Positions 49,663-59,893 are shown, counted from the stretch's first letter. The stretch is DNA of 64,000 bases from a bacterium (GCA_963693055.1 OY843751.1:3072001-3136000), one strand, 5' to 3'. A program made the numbers and translations. The notes: generated by a model from the letters alone, not told the origin.

Positions 49663-50907
49663 TTAATAAAAAACAAGACTGGAAAAGGAAACAAAAGAAT
49701 TGTTACCCATATCTGCAGTGCCATAATCAACAAGATGACCAGAATCAGGTGTTAAAAGTTCTAATAGCGTGGTAATTGCAGAATATCCACAAATATGGTA
49801 ATAATCATCAGTAGATTGAATAATTTCCTGAAATCGCTCATTGTCCCAACCAATGAGTGATTGTATTAATGCATTGTCGTTTGCTTTCATTTTAGTTAAA
49901 AAAGCTTTATCAACAGTATGTGAATTATCATAATTTTGCCCTACATGCGCAAAATCCACACTTGCGATGTAGCAAACTCTCCCCTTGTATGTTCTTAGTG
50001 CCTGTTTGAGACTAGTAACAAAATCATTAAAAATACTTGCATAATGTTCAAATCCATTTTCAAAAATCATTGGAGAAAAAGAACACAATACAGGTAATAT
50101 TTTAGCATCAGGATAAAGATATTTTAAAAATACAGATTGAAATTCAATACTGTGTTCGTTTTTATGGACAAATTCATCATCCAAAAAATCCGTTTGTGAC
50201 AGGTAATTAATTTGTTTCACAACATCTTTATCTGTTTTAACTTTGCCTAATGGTGTTACAAAATCTTTTTCTGTTAAAGCAAATAAATTTTTCAAACCCA
50301 TATGCCCTATTCCCAATACTATATATAAATCTGCACCGGGTTTATCTTTTAAACATTGATAGGCATGTACAAAACTTTTAGCTCCCAATTGTAAATCAAT
50401 ATGTGGAGCAATGATTGCTTTTGGAAATTTATTAAAGGGTTGTATAAAAGTGGGATTGGTATTTTTAAACAAATCATTTAAAAAAGATGCCAGTTCTTTA
50501 GCTTTAGACGGGTAACTACTTCCTGCGCATGATGGCAATCTTTCAGGTAACTGGCGATAGTCTGCTTTAATTCTTTGCATTTCTTGAGAAAATTGCAGTG
50601 AATTCAGCATAAAAGACTGATCGAGATGTTTTATAAACTCCTGAATTTTGGTTTCAGGTACATTTTCATTAAAAGCATTTTTATAGATTTCCCAAATATC
50701 TTTAATCGTATGTGAACCATCAAAAAATTGTAATAAATACGCATAATCCTGAGTAATTAATAACTCATTATCACTTATGCCGAGGGTATCAAATATAACA
50801 ATATATTGAATACCATTTTGCTTTGTTGATGTAAAATCAATTCCGGAACGAAGTTGAGGACAATAAATACTACTATTTAATTCAAATATACGCTGCTCAA
50901 TACTCAA
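49663..50907 (-). CDS. MEMO1/AmmeMemoRadiSam protein B with N-terminal PqqD/RRE-like extension
   Basis: AGSSYP, IIAPHID, GIGH, EHSIEFQ, IASVDFAHVG, ICG; TTG start at 50907 after AGGGGA SD. Confidence 0.85.
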   Translation of the reverse strand: MSIEQRIFELNSSIYCPQLRSGIDFTSTKQNGIQYIVIFDTLGISDNELLITQDYAYLLQFFDGSHTIKDIWEIYKNAFNENVPETKIQEFIKHLDQSFMLNSLQFSQEMQRIKADYRQLPERLPSCAGSSYPSKAKELASFLNDLFKNTNPTFIQPFNKFPKAIIAPHIDLQLGAKSFVHAYQCLKDKPGADLYIVLGIGHMGLKNLFALTEKDFVTPLGKVKTDKDVVKQINYLSQTDFLDDEFVHKNEHSIEFQSVFLKYLYPDAKILPVLCSFSPMIFENGFEHYASIFNDFVTSLKQALRTYKGRVCYIASVDFAHVGQNYDNSHTVDKAFLTKMKANDNALIQSLIGWDNERFQEIIQSTDDYYHICGYSAITTLLELLTPDSGHLVDYGTADMGNNSFVSFSSLVFY

Positions 50908-50914
50908 ACTACTA

Positions 50915-52963
50915 TTATCCCCTGTAATGAGATGAATTGTTTTGAGCATAAGGGCTGATGATAGGAATTTGAATTTCATCACCAGGTTTAAGATTATTCC
51001 ATTTCAAATCTTTATTATAATATGCTACAAGCCAATACGGAACATTGAATTTGTATTTGCAGAGATACCAAATATTATCTCCCGACTTTATCTGATAATT
51101 TTTTGTTCCAACAATGGAATAATCAGTATAGAATTTTTTCTGAAGATTATCATGAAATTCAAGACGTTTAGATTTAAAATTTTCTTTTGATTGATTTGCA
51201 AAATCAATCCTCAACTTTTGGCCAACATGAATGCTACTTTTATAACTAATGCGGTTCAACTTGCGGAGATGTCTTGAAGACACATTCAACCAATCAGCAT
51301 AATGACCAAGAGTTTCATTTGGTAAAACAGTGATCCATTTTGAATTCTGAATTTCAAGATTTAAAGATTTTTTTATATGTTCAAATGGAACAACCATATT
51401 TTCCGCAAACTCTTTTGGTAATTCGGGTCCCAAATGGTTTGTATTGGTATATGCAAAAAACATTGAATCCGGGGCATTTCTTACAATTGCTTTGGATTGA
51501 TTTATTGACCGCTTGGTTGAAATTCTCGGACTTTTAGGTTTTTCCGGCTTTACATTATTGCCTGCAACCATTATAGATGCTTTTCCAGTATGAGCTTGTT
51601 TCTCCTGAATATGCTCAGGATTAATAAAATCATAAAATCCAGGGTCAGAAATTTTTGTTTGAATGCTTGTAAATGCGAAATTTGCAGGTAGAGCGTCTTT
51701 TACATGAAATACAAAAGTAGAAGATTGTGTCATGGTAGCTAAATCTGTCAACAAATAAGAATAATCATTCAACTGCACCCATTGATCCAGATCATTATTA
51801 AACTTTGAATAAACACCAGAGTATAAAAGATAAGGATCATAATGAAACAATTCGGGTATACGAAGTTCAAAATCTTTAGGTAATTGTCGGGAAGAATCCA
51901 CAACCTTTTTGTGTAGCGCCGGATTCAACTCTAAAATACTTGAAGAGTTTAAACCCAATTTTTGACTGATTGTTTTTATAGTCGCAGTTTCAGGTACTTT
52001 GAATAATGTATAGGTATCCGGTTTTTCGAATTCCAAAGTACCAAAATAATGCTGATAATTTTGACGGACTCTGATTGCTGCTACAAATTCAGCATAAAAA
52101 TTCTTGGACGCAAAACCAAATGTTCTGCTTTTATAATTCTCAACTATTACGCCAATGTCTTTGGTATTATATCTCTTCATGGCACGTTTCATTCCATTGG
52201 GTCCATGATTATAAGCAGTAATAGCCAATGGCCAGGAACCCAATAGTTGATAATTGCTCTTCAATAATCGGGCAGCAGCATCAGAAGCGGCAAAAGGATC
52301 TAATCGTTCATCTTCATAATGATTGATGTTCATATAAAGACGACCGGTTGAACGCATAAACTGCCAAACTCCACTTGCTCCATACTTGGAATATGCTCTG
52401 TTGGCAAAAGAAGATTCCACATGCGGCAGATAAACCAATTCATCTGGTAAACCATATTTTTTAAATATAGCCTTAAATTCAGGAAGATATTTGCCGGAGC
52501 GTTGAATACCAGCGATAAAGTCTTCTTTTAGACCTCTTTGTCCTCTAATATTTTGAATGGCTTTTTTATATTTGTCGGAAGAATTGTCTTCAATCCATAA
52601 TAAATATACTGAAAACTCTTCATCTGACAAGGAGGAAATATCAACAGATCCCATTTTATCTAGTTTATTTAATATCGCTTGATACCTGTCAATTATAACA
52701 TTTATCTTTTTCCATTTTGTACGCATGGAGGCTTCAGGACTAAAATAATCATTCAAATTCACAATTTCATAAACAACATCCGGATGATTAGAGTCATGAA
52801 TAACGACTTCCTGTTTTGAATACAAGGAGAAAATACGCACCCAAAATTCTACATTGGGTTCCAATTGTTTAGGCACGGGGAATTGAGGGTTTGCAAAGGA
52901 AATTGATATCCAGCAAAGTATTAAAACGATGATATTATAATGTTTTCGAGTATCCATTTTCAC
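50915..52963 (-). CDS. MltD-like lytic transglycosylase with LysM domains
   Basis: LPHVESSF, GASGVWQFMRSTG, DERLDP, AYNHG; C-terminal LysM domains (ETLGHYADW, IKSGDNIW). Confidence 0.9.
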   Translation of the reverse strand: MKMDTRKHYNIIVLILCWISISFANPQFPVPKQLEPNVEFWVRIFSLYSKQEVVIHDSNHPDVVYEIVNLNDYFSPEASMRTKWKKINVIIDRYQAILNKLDKMGSVDISSLSDEEFSVYLLWIEDNSSDKYKKAIQNIRGQRGLKEDFIAGIQRSGKYLPEFKAIFKKYGLPDELVYLPHVESSFANRAYSKYGASGVWQFMRSTGRLYMNINHYEDERLDPFAASDAAARLLKSNYQLLGSWPLAITAYNHGPNGMKRAMKRYNTKDIGVIVENYKSRTFGFASKNFYAEFVAAIRVRQNYQHYFGTLEFEKPDTYTLFKVPETATIKTISQKLGLNSSSILELNPALHKKVVDSSRQLPKDFELRIPELFHYDPYLLYSGVYSKFNNDLDQWVQLNDYSYLLTDLATMTQSSTFVFHVKDALPANFAFTSIQTKISDPGFYDFINPEHIQEKQAHTGKASIMVAGNNVKPEKPKSPRISTKRSINQSKAIVRNAPDSMFFAYTNTNHLGPELPKEFAENMVVPFEHIKKSLNLEIQNSKWITVLPNETLGHYADWLNVSSRHLRKLNRISYKSSIHVGQKLRIDFANQSKENFKSKRLEFHDNLQKKFYTDYSIVGTKNYQIKSGDNIWYLCKYKFNVPYWLVAYYNKDLKWNNLKPGDEIQIPIISPYAQNNSSHYRG

Positions 52964-53151
52964 CCACAGTTTTAACCAGTCAGTTCATTAGCTCAATACA
53001 TTAAGTATTTGTGGATGAGCTTTCATATTTTATTATATATACATAAAAAATATAAATTTGCAATAATATATACTACAAATTTATAAAAATTAATCATGCA
53101 ACAATAATACCACGTTAAAGGGTATTTGCGGAACAATTTAAGATAAGAAAA

Positions 53152-53619
53152 TCAGCTAAAAGGATCAATATCTATTTCGTCCCAATCTGCCTTATCCTTT
53201 GCCAAAAAGACATCGATGAATTGAGGAAAGTTTTGAATAATATTTTTCACAATTTGCAAGAGCGATTCTTTGTCATATTCTTCCAGCTGCTTTAAAATAT
53301 TTGCAACATTTACAAAATCTTTACCATCAAAGATCCAGGAATACAACAAGGCAACAGCATGAGTACAAATTTGCCGGGATTCTGAACAAGTACAGGTAGA
53401 TGATATTTCATTCTGATGCAAGCTAACTTGTACATCATGACCTTGAACAAAAGTACCTACACTTCCTAACAATTTATTTCGATAGACTGTGGCGCGTTTT
53501 ATCTCACAGGATTCGTAAAATTCACGGGTTTTACCATCTGTAACATCTCTGTCAAACAGTTCAACGTTCTCAAGAGTCAGTCCTTTTAATTCTTTTGAAA
53601 TCTCATTATCTATATTCAT
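53152..53619 (-). CDS. SWIM zinc-finger protein
   Basis: CTCSESRQICTH (CxC-xn-CxH). Confidence 0.8.
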   Translation of the reverse strand: MNIDNEISKELKGLTLENVELFDRDVTDGKTREFYESCEIKRATVYRNKLLGSVGTFVQGHDVQVSLHQNEISSTCTCSESRQICTHAVALLYSWIFDGKDFVNVANILKQLEEYDKESLLQIVKNIIQNFPQFIDVFLAKDKADWDEIDIDPFS

Positions 53620-53628
53620 AATATTCTC

Positions 53629-54561
53629 TTAATGACTAAGGAATTCTTGCATTTTCTTTTTACGCTTTTTCAATTCTGAAATTTTCCCCTTTGCTTCTTG
53701 AGCAAATTCACCTTCAGGTTCGGTTTTAAGAACAAGTTCAAACTCGCTTATAGCATTGTCATATTCATCACGGTCTTTTTTATTGTACGACATGCCCATA
53801 TAATAATGTGGTTCTGCGCGTTCAGGAAATAATGCAGATGCATAACCAAATGCAACAATAGCATCCCATAGTCCGTTTTTATCTCCTTTTCGATATAATG
53901 GTAATGCAGTAACCATATACTTTTGATATTTTGCTTCTTTATAATCGGGTTTTAATTCAAGGGCTTTATCTATCTCTTTCATTGCATTTCGATATTGTTT
54001 CTTTTTCTTGAAAGCAATACCTGAATGCAAATGTTCAGATGCTTTATCTTTGGACTGCTCAAGAGAATTCAACTTGACAGCTATATTTACCGAATCCGCA
54101 GAATTTATAATTTTTTCATACCAACTTTTTGCATCTTCATGACGGCCAGCTTGAAGATAAGATTCTGCAATTTTTTTAATAATCAATGTACTGTTGGGAT
54201 CATATGATAATGCATCTTTATATTGTTCTATAGCTTTATAATAATCGTTTTTTTGATAGAGACTATCACCTTTTACTGCAAGAATTCTGGCTACTTTTTC
54301 TTTTGAAACTGCATCATCAGGCAAATAAGACAATATATCTTTATAAAAAACATAGCTACTATCCAGGTTTTTCAATTTCATATAAGAATCTGCAATCAAT
54401 TTCATTGCATCAGTATTTGTAGAATCCTTTAAAAGTGCAGTTTTACAAATAGAAATGGTTTGACGATAATCACCTGACTCATATAATGTATTTGCTTGTT
54501 TTAACGGTGTACAAGCAATGAATATTAATAAAAAAATCCCAAAATATTTTAAAAACTTCAT
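53629..54561 (-). CDS. TPR lipoprotein
   Basis: Lipobox FIAC; repeated TPRs (ALSYDPNS, ALELKPDY); AGAGGA SD. Confidence 0.85.
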   Translation of the reverse strand: MKFLKYFGIFLLIFIACTPLKQANTLYESGDYRQTISICKTALLKDSTNTDAMKLIADSYMKLKNLDSSYVFYKDILSYLPDDAVSKEKVARILAVKGDSLYQKNDYYKAIEQYKDALSYDPNSTLIIKKIAESYLQAGRHEDAKSWYEKIINSADSVNIAVKLNSLEQSKDKASEHLHSGIAFKKKKQYRNAMKEIDKALELKPDYKEAKYQKYMVTALPLYRKGDKNGLWDAIVAFGYASALFPERAEPHYYMGMSYNKKDRDEYDNAISEFELVLKTEPEGEFAQEAKGKISELKKRKKKMQEFLSH

Positions 54562-54587
54562 CTATCCTCTTTTTTCCCATCCATGTT

Positions 54588-54665
54588 AAAAAAAATACCG
54601 AGACGTCCTGACAATCGGTTTAGGGGGGTCACCAATTGCGGGGGGTGGACGCTCGGTATTACAAT
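54588..54665 (-). ncRNA. Candidate structured small RNA or attenuator with two C6 tracts, ending in a U8 tract
   Basis: 14-bp outer stem, 9-bp inner stem with two G-U pairs possible only on the minus strand, loop GACCCCCCUAA; own promoter. Confidence 0.6.
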
Positions 54666-54671
54666 CAAATC

Positions 54672-54700
54672 AATTTAACATTTTAATTCCAGAAACGCAA
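54672..54700 (-). promoter_or_regulatory. Promoter of the candidate sRNA
   Basis: TTGCGT-N17-TAAATT with extended -10 TG. Confidence 0.55.
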
Positions 54701-54723
54701 TAGCTTTTTAAACAAGTTACGAT

Positions 54724-55377
54724 TTAATTCAATTCTACAAGTTGAGATTTTATTGCATATTTGACAAGGGCTGCAAAACTATCCAATTCTAATTTTTCCA
54801 TAATACGATAACGATGCGTTTCAACAGTTTTTATAGAAACATGAAGCATTTCGGCTACTTGTTTATTGCTATAACCTTCTGCAAGCAATTTAAGGACCTG
54901 TGCCTCTCTATTTGTAAGCGGACTCTCAACGGATGTGCCGGTTAAATTTGTATCAGACACCCAGGCACTGACAATTTGACGAGAAATTGGTGGGCTAAGA
55001 TACATCTCTCCACGTGTCACCTGTTGAATTGCTGTCATGAGTTCTTCAGATGCAGAATTTTTCAACAAATAGCCTGAAGCACCATTCTTTAGACTTTGTT
55101 TAATATATTCTTCATGGTCATACATACTTAGAACAAGAATTTTCGTTTCAGGTGAAACTGCTTTAATTTCCATTATTGCTTCTACCCCTCTTAATTTGGG
55201 CATAGAAATATCAATAATCATTATATCCGGATGATGTTCTTGAGCAAGCTCAATTGCTTCATATCCATTACCACCTTCTGCAATTACTGAAACATCGGGA
55301 AAGGTCATTAACAATTGTCGTAAACCTTCCCTGACCATTGTATGGTCATCTACTAAAATAATGCTATATTTTGCCAT
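54724..55377 (-). CDS. NarL/FixJ-family response regulator (REC plus LuxR HTH)
   Basis: VDDHTMVREG, IIDISMP, GYLLK, LTNREAQVL...SIKTVETHR. Confidence 0.96.
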   Translation of the reverse strand: MAKYSIILVDDHTMVREGLRQLLMTFPDVSVIAEGGNGYEAIELAQEHHPDIMIIDISMPKLRGVEAIMEIKAVSPETKILVLSMYDHEEYIKQSLKNGASGYLLKNSASEELMTAIQQVTRGEMYLSPPISRQIVSAWVSDTNLTGTSVESPLTNREAQVLKLLAEGYSNKQVAEMLHVSIKTVETHRYRIMEKLELDSFAALVKYAIKSQLVELN

Positions 55378-58300
55378 GATCCCCTTTGGTTATTGGAACA
55401 CTTGCTATAATTGTAGTACCATTACCAGGTGTCGAGTTTATATTAAACTCTCCTTCTAAAAAGTCAACACGTTCCTGCATACCGATAATACCAAAATGTA
55501 AGGAACCATCAATCTTTTTATGGTTTAAAACATCAAAACCAATGCCATCATCAATTATGGATAGAGTAATGTGATCATTTTTTTTATAAAGTTCAATAAA
55601 AACTTGATTTGCCTTTGCATATTTCAACACATTATTTAAAGCTTCCTGGATAATTCTATAAAATGAAATTTCTGCTTCTTTAGTTAAGTATTCTTTTACA
55701 GATTCTGTTTTCACTTTAACCTTAATCCCCCATTTCCCTGAAAATTCTTTGGCAAAATCCTTAATCGCGATCTCTAAACCAAAATCATCAAGCAATTGTG
55801 GACGTAGTTCACTACAAAGATTTCTGGCTTCAATTATTGCTTTGTTAAGTGTTGATTTTGATTCAGTTAGCATTTTTTTGGCTTTATCAACATTACTATC
55901 CAACGATGATGATACTGTACTGATCTCAAATTTTAGTGCAGTTAGCATTTGACCTAACGAGTCATGAATCTCTCTTGAAATTTTCTCTCGTTCTTCTTCC
56001 TGAAATTGTACAAGTCTGGCAGAAAATTTTCGGCTGGCATCAATAGCTTTTATCTGATCAGTAATGTCTATATTCATGCCAATATAACCAATTATAGAAT
56101 TATCCAAAGTAATAATAGGACTGAGTATAAGCTTATAAACTAAAACATCTTCATCGCTGCCTATAAAAAATTCATTTACAACCGAAGTATTGACCTTTTT
56201 AATTTCATTAATTGACAATTCTATTGCTTCAACAAATTCATATTGATGTAACACATCAGCTGGTCTTTTTTTAAGTATATTACCCCATTTATTAATAAAT
56301 TGGTTATTGGCGTTTTGAAAATGACCATGTACACTCATACTGAAAATTTCATAAGGTATATTTTTAAACAAAGTTCTATATCTCGCTTCACTATTTTTCA
56401 ATTCTCGTTCAGCATATTTTTGTTTCGAAATATCCTTAATAAATCCTTCTATCCCCTTTACAATACCATTTTCAACAACACGTCTGGCATTGAATCCTAT
56501 CCAATATGGACGTCCATATTCATTTACCAATTCGAGTTGATGCCATTTAATACTCTTGCCCCCCATTACCTGTCCATACATTTTTTTAATATAATCCATT
56601 TTAGGGTCGTGGTAATAATGCGCAAAATCTTTAGACTTTATCTGTTCCAAAGTTAACCCTAAAATTTTTTCACACGCTTCATTTAAATACTCTACATGCT
56701 CATCTTTGTTGATAAAGAAATAACCATCAATTGATCGCTCAATACTATTACGGAATCGAAGTTCTGATTCTTTAATCACCTGTTCAACCTGACGAAGTTT
56801 TGACACATCCATTATAATGCCACGTAAACCAATCACGGTATTATCTCTCAAAATTGGAGATGAACGCATTATTACCGGAAATTTGGTTTTATCTTTACGG
56901 AGAGCAGTATATTCATGCGTCATGGTACCCTGGTTGCTCAAGTTTTTAATACTTTTTCTGGCCTTTTCTCGATCAGACTCTATGAATAAATCAAACAGGT
57001 AAAAATCATTTTCAAATTCATTATGACTAAATCCGGTTACATGTTCTGCATGCTGATTCACAAAATTTAACTTGCCATCAATGTCTATTTCAAAAACAAT
57101 TTCCGGCAACAGCTCTGCTAGTTCTCGGAAACGTTCTTCACTGGATCTCAACTCTGCTTCAATTCGTTTTTGTTCATTTATATCACGGCCAACCCCAAGT
57201 ATTGCATTAATTTCTCCATTATTATCCATTATTGCAGTATCAATCCACGAGAACCAACGCCAACCATTTACTGTCATTGCCCGTTGTTCCACATAACATT
57301 TAAAGGGTGGACTGAACAATTTCTCCATTTCTTTGGCGGTATGTTCACGATCATCTTTATGCACAAGTGGGAAAAAGCTATTTCCTAAAAGCTCTTTTTC
57401 TGTTTTACCAAAAGTTTTGCAATATGAAGGACTAACAAATTGAAATTTGTTATGCAGATCAATTTTAACAACAAGATCAGCTTGATTTTCTACAAGAATT
57501 TGGTATATTTCTTTGCTTTCAACCAGTTCTGCTTCAATTTTTTTCCGTTCAGTAATATCCCTCGCTATGCCCAACACCGCATAATAATCACCATTTTCAT
57601 CTATTATGGGAACCAATTGTGTACCCAACCATACTTCCTTATTCGGCATATCAGATTGGTGCTCAAAATATAAAGTTTTACCGGTTTTCAACGCCAATTG
57701 TAAACGGCTTAATTGACGTTCAGATGCCTTAAAATCAAAATATTTTTTACGGGATTGCCCCATCATTTCTTCAGGATGGATTCCAAAATTTGATGCAGCA
57801 TAATCATTTACATATATGATGATATCATTTCTATCCACTATAAAGATATTGTCTTTTGCTGCCTCTGCAAGTGTCCTATAGCGTTTTTCACTTTCAACCA
57901 ATTTCCCCAAAATATCTTTTTCAAGAGTAACATCACGCATTAAACCGGTTATTGCAAATGGTTTATCATTCTGGTCGGTCAAAATGGTTGCATCCACTTC
58001 AACAGTAATTCTCACGCCATCTTTTCGTAAAAGATTATATTCAATATTGGTATATGAACCTTTAGTGTATAACTTGTCAAGATTTTTTTCAGCAAACTCG
58101 CGTTGTTCTGGTACTATAAAATCAACAAAGCGTTTATTCTCTTCAATTAATTCTTCCCTGCTTGAATATCCCAACAACTCGGCACATTTTTTATTAATTT
58201 GTATAACACGTCCTTCAAGGTCTGTTAATGCAATGCCCAACAATGAAGAATCAACCAGAGATCTATATTTTTTTTCATTATCAACAAGATCTTGCTTTAT

Positions 58301-59893
58301 TCTTTTTTTATCAGTTATGTCCTTGAAAAAAGCAAGCAAGCCTATAAATTCCTGGTTACGGTTCAACAATACAGATGTATTGGTTTCAATTCTCCTTTCA
58401 TCACCAGAAATATTCTTTACACTATACTCAGAATTTAATGGTTTACGAGTCTCTAATACGCTTGCAATATTTTTCTTTGCAAGTTCGAATTGATCAGGTA
58501 GTAAAAAATCAAAAATACTGAATTTGTCTGGTTGAGCATGATCCGCTGAATCATAACCTATCATATTAACAGCAAACTGATTTAAATGTTGAAATACTCC
58601 ATTATCATCAAAAATACCTATACCAATTGGAGCATTTTCAACTAATTGTTGAAAGTGTAGTTCCTGATCAAGGAGTGTATCATACATTTGGTTTCGAAAG
58701 AAATAAATTTTAATCATGTCTGCAAAAACCTGAAACAAATTTATTTCAAAAGCCATCCACTCCCTACTACGCTTAACTTCATCAAAGAAAATAATCCCCA
58801 AAAGCTTTTTGTCAATAACCAATGGAAGAACAATTTGAGATTGTACACCCATTTCCTGCAATACACTTTTGATATATTGAGCATTAGGTGGCAATTGATT
58901 TACATCAGAAATGACAATAACTCGTTCTGAGAATAATTTTTCTCTACCCCACTCAAAGGGTTTAAATTTTAGATCAAGCAATTGTTCACGAATTGACAAT
59001 TCGCCTTCTTTACACCATTCGAATAAATTGGAGACGTGATTTTTATCATTAAAGGTAACAACGGTTACTCTGTCAACATTTACTGTTTTTCCCATCTCGC
59101 CAATACAATACTCAAAGTCATCAGTATCAAATAATATTTGAGTAATATTTGCAATTGTTTGATCAATATTTATAAACCTGTCTATAATGCGACCATGAGA
59201 ATATTTATGGGAAATATTCTGTGCAACAGCTATCATGCCTACCGTGACATCTTTTTTAACAGGCATACATTTCGTTTCAAACCATTGCGTTTGATTATTA
59301 TCCGTTTCTATATCATATATAAATTTAAATTCTTTGGAATCATCTATCAGATTTTGAAAATCCTTATCAATATTACGACCAAGTGATTTTTTCAATAAAT
59401 CAATAAAATTTTTCTCATATAATTCATGGTGGGATGATTGCATTTGGAAACAAAAAGCATTATTTGCAAAAATAATCTTGCCCGCAAGATCTGTTATAAA
59501 GACCGCTTCTTCTAACTGGTCTGTTAAATTCAAAAATGCAGAACGTATATTCCCTAACTCAAATAATTCATGAGCATGTTTTGGAGAAAAATAACAGATA
59601 ATGAATTCAATCTCATCATTAATTATCTTATTATAATCAAGCTTGTAAACTTGATCAGTATTAACAAAATCAATGGACTGTGGAGAATTGGTTAAAAAAT
59701 CAAGTTTAATGTTAAATAACTCTTCAATACCAGAACCCAACCAGGGAACACTATTATCAATAATAATTGACTCAAAATTTAAATTTGCCCCTAAAATCAT
59801 CCCCTTTAAATCAGTAATACAAGCCGGAACAGGTGAATTTTCAAGTATTAACAAATAATTAGAAATAAATGGGTTCTTGTTTTTTGTTGTCAT
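55364..59893 (-). CDS. Cytoplasmic multi-PAS/GAF histidine kinase (HisKA_3)
   Basis: About 9 PAS/PAC repeats (DITERKK-type linkers), one GAF, EEEREKISREIHDSLGQ, QEALNNVLKYA, DDGIGF, FGIIGMQER; no TM segment. Confidence 0.93.
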   Translation of the reverse strand: MTTKNKNPFISNYLLILENSPVPACITDLKGMILGANLNFESIIIDNSVPWLGSGIEELFNIKLDFLTNSPQSIDFVNTDQVYKLDYNKIINDEIEFIICYFSPKHAHELFELGNIRSAFLNLTDQLEEAVFITDLAGKIIFANNAFCFQMQSSHHELYEKNFIDLLKKSLGRNIDKDFQNLIDDSKEFKFIYDIETDNNQTQWFETKCMPVKKDVTVGMIAVAQNISHKYSHGRIIDRFINIDQTIANITQILFDTDDFEYCIGEMGKTVNVDRVTVVTFNDKNHVSNLFEWCKEGELSIREQLLDLKFKPFEWGREKLFSERVIVISDVNQLPPNAQYIKSVLQEMGVQSQIVLPLVIDKKLLGIIFFDEVKRSREWMAFEINLFQVFADMIKIYFFRNQMYDTLLDQELHFQQLVENAPIGIGIFDDNGVFQHLNQFAVNMIGYDSADHAQPDKFSIFDFLLPDQFELAKKNIASVLETRKPLNSEYSVKNISGDERRIETNTSVLLNRNQEFIGLLAFFKDITDKKRIKQDLVDNEKKYRSLVDSSLLGIALTDLEGRVIQINKKCAELLGYSSREELIEENKRFVDFIVPEQREFAEKNLDKLYTKGSYTNIEYNLLRKDGVRITVEVDATILTDQNDKPFAITGLMRDVTLEKDILGKLVESEKRYRTLAEAAKDNIFIVDRNDIIIYVNDYAASNFGIHPEEMMGQSRKKYFDFKASERQLSRLQLALKTGKTLYFEHQSDMPNKEVWLGTQLVPIIDENGDYYAVLGIARDITERKKIEAELVESKEIYQILVENQADLVVKIDLHNKFQFVSPSYCKTFGKTEKELLGNSFFPLVHKDDREHTAKEMEKLFSPPFKCYVEQRAMTVNGWRWFSWIDTAIMDNNGEINAILGVGRDINEQKRIEAELRSSEERFRELAELLPEIVFEIDIDGKLNFVNQHAEHVTGFSHNEFENDFYLFDLFIESDREKARKSIKNLSNQGTMTHEYTALRKDKTKFPVIMRSSPILRDNTVIGLRGIIMDVSKLRQVEQVIKESELRFRNSIERSIDGYFFINKDEHVEYLNEACEKILGLTLEQIKSKDFAHYYHDPKMDYIKKMYGQVMGGKSIKWHQLELVNEYGRPYWIGFNARRVVENGIVKGIEGFIKDISKQKYAERELKNSEARYRTLFKNIPYEIFSMSVHGHFQNANNQFINKWGNILKKRPADVLHQYEFVEAIELSINEIKKVNTSVVNEFFIGSDEDVLVYKLILSPIITLDNSIIGYIGMNIDITDQIKAIDASRKFSARLVQFQEEEREKISREIHDSLGQMLTALKFEISTVSSSLDSNVDKAKKMLTESKSTLNKAIIEARNLCSELRPQLLDDFGLEIAIKDFAKEFSGKWGIKVKVKTESVKEYLTKEAEISFYRIIQEALNNVLKYAKANQVFIELYKKNDHITLSIIDDGIGFDVLNHKKIDGSLHFGIIGMQERVDFLEGEFNINSTPGNGTTIIASVPITKGDHGKI

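Noticed and set aside
54588-54665. tRNA, SRP RNA or known riboswitch identity for the structured element; G-quadruplex on the plus strand
   Set aside because: No T-loop, CCA end or SRP loop motif, and no aptamer I recognise; only two long G-tracts; the G-U pairs and U-tract favour a minus-strand RNA
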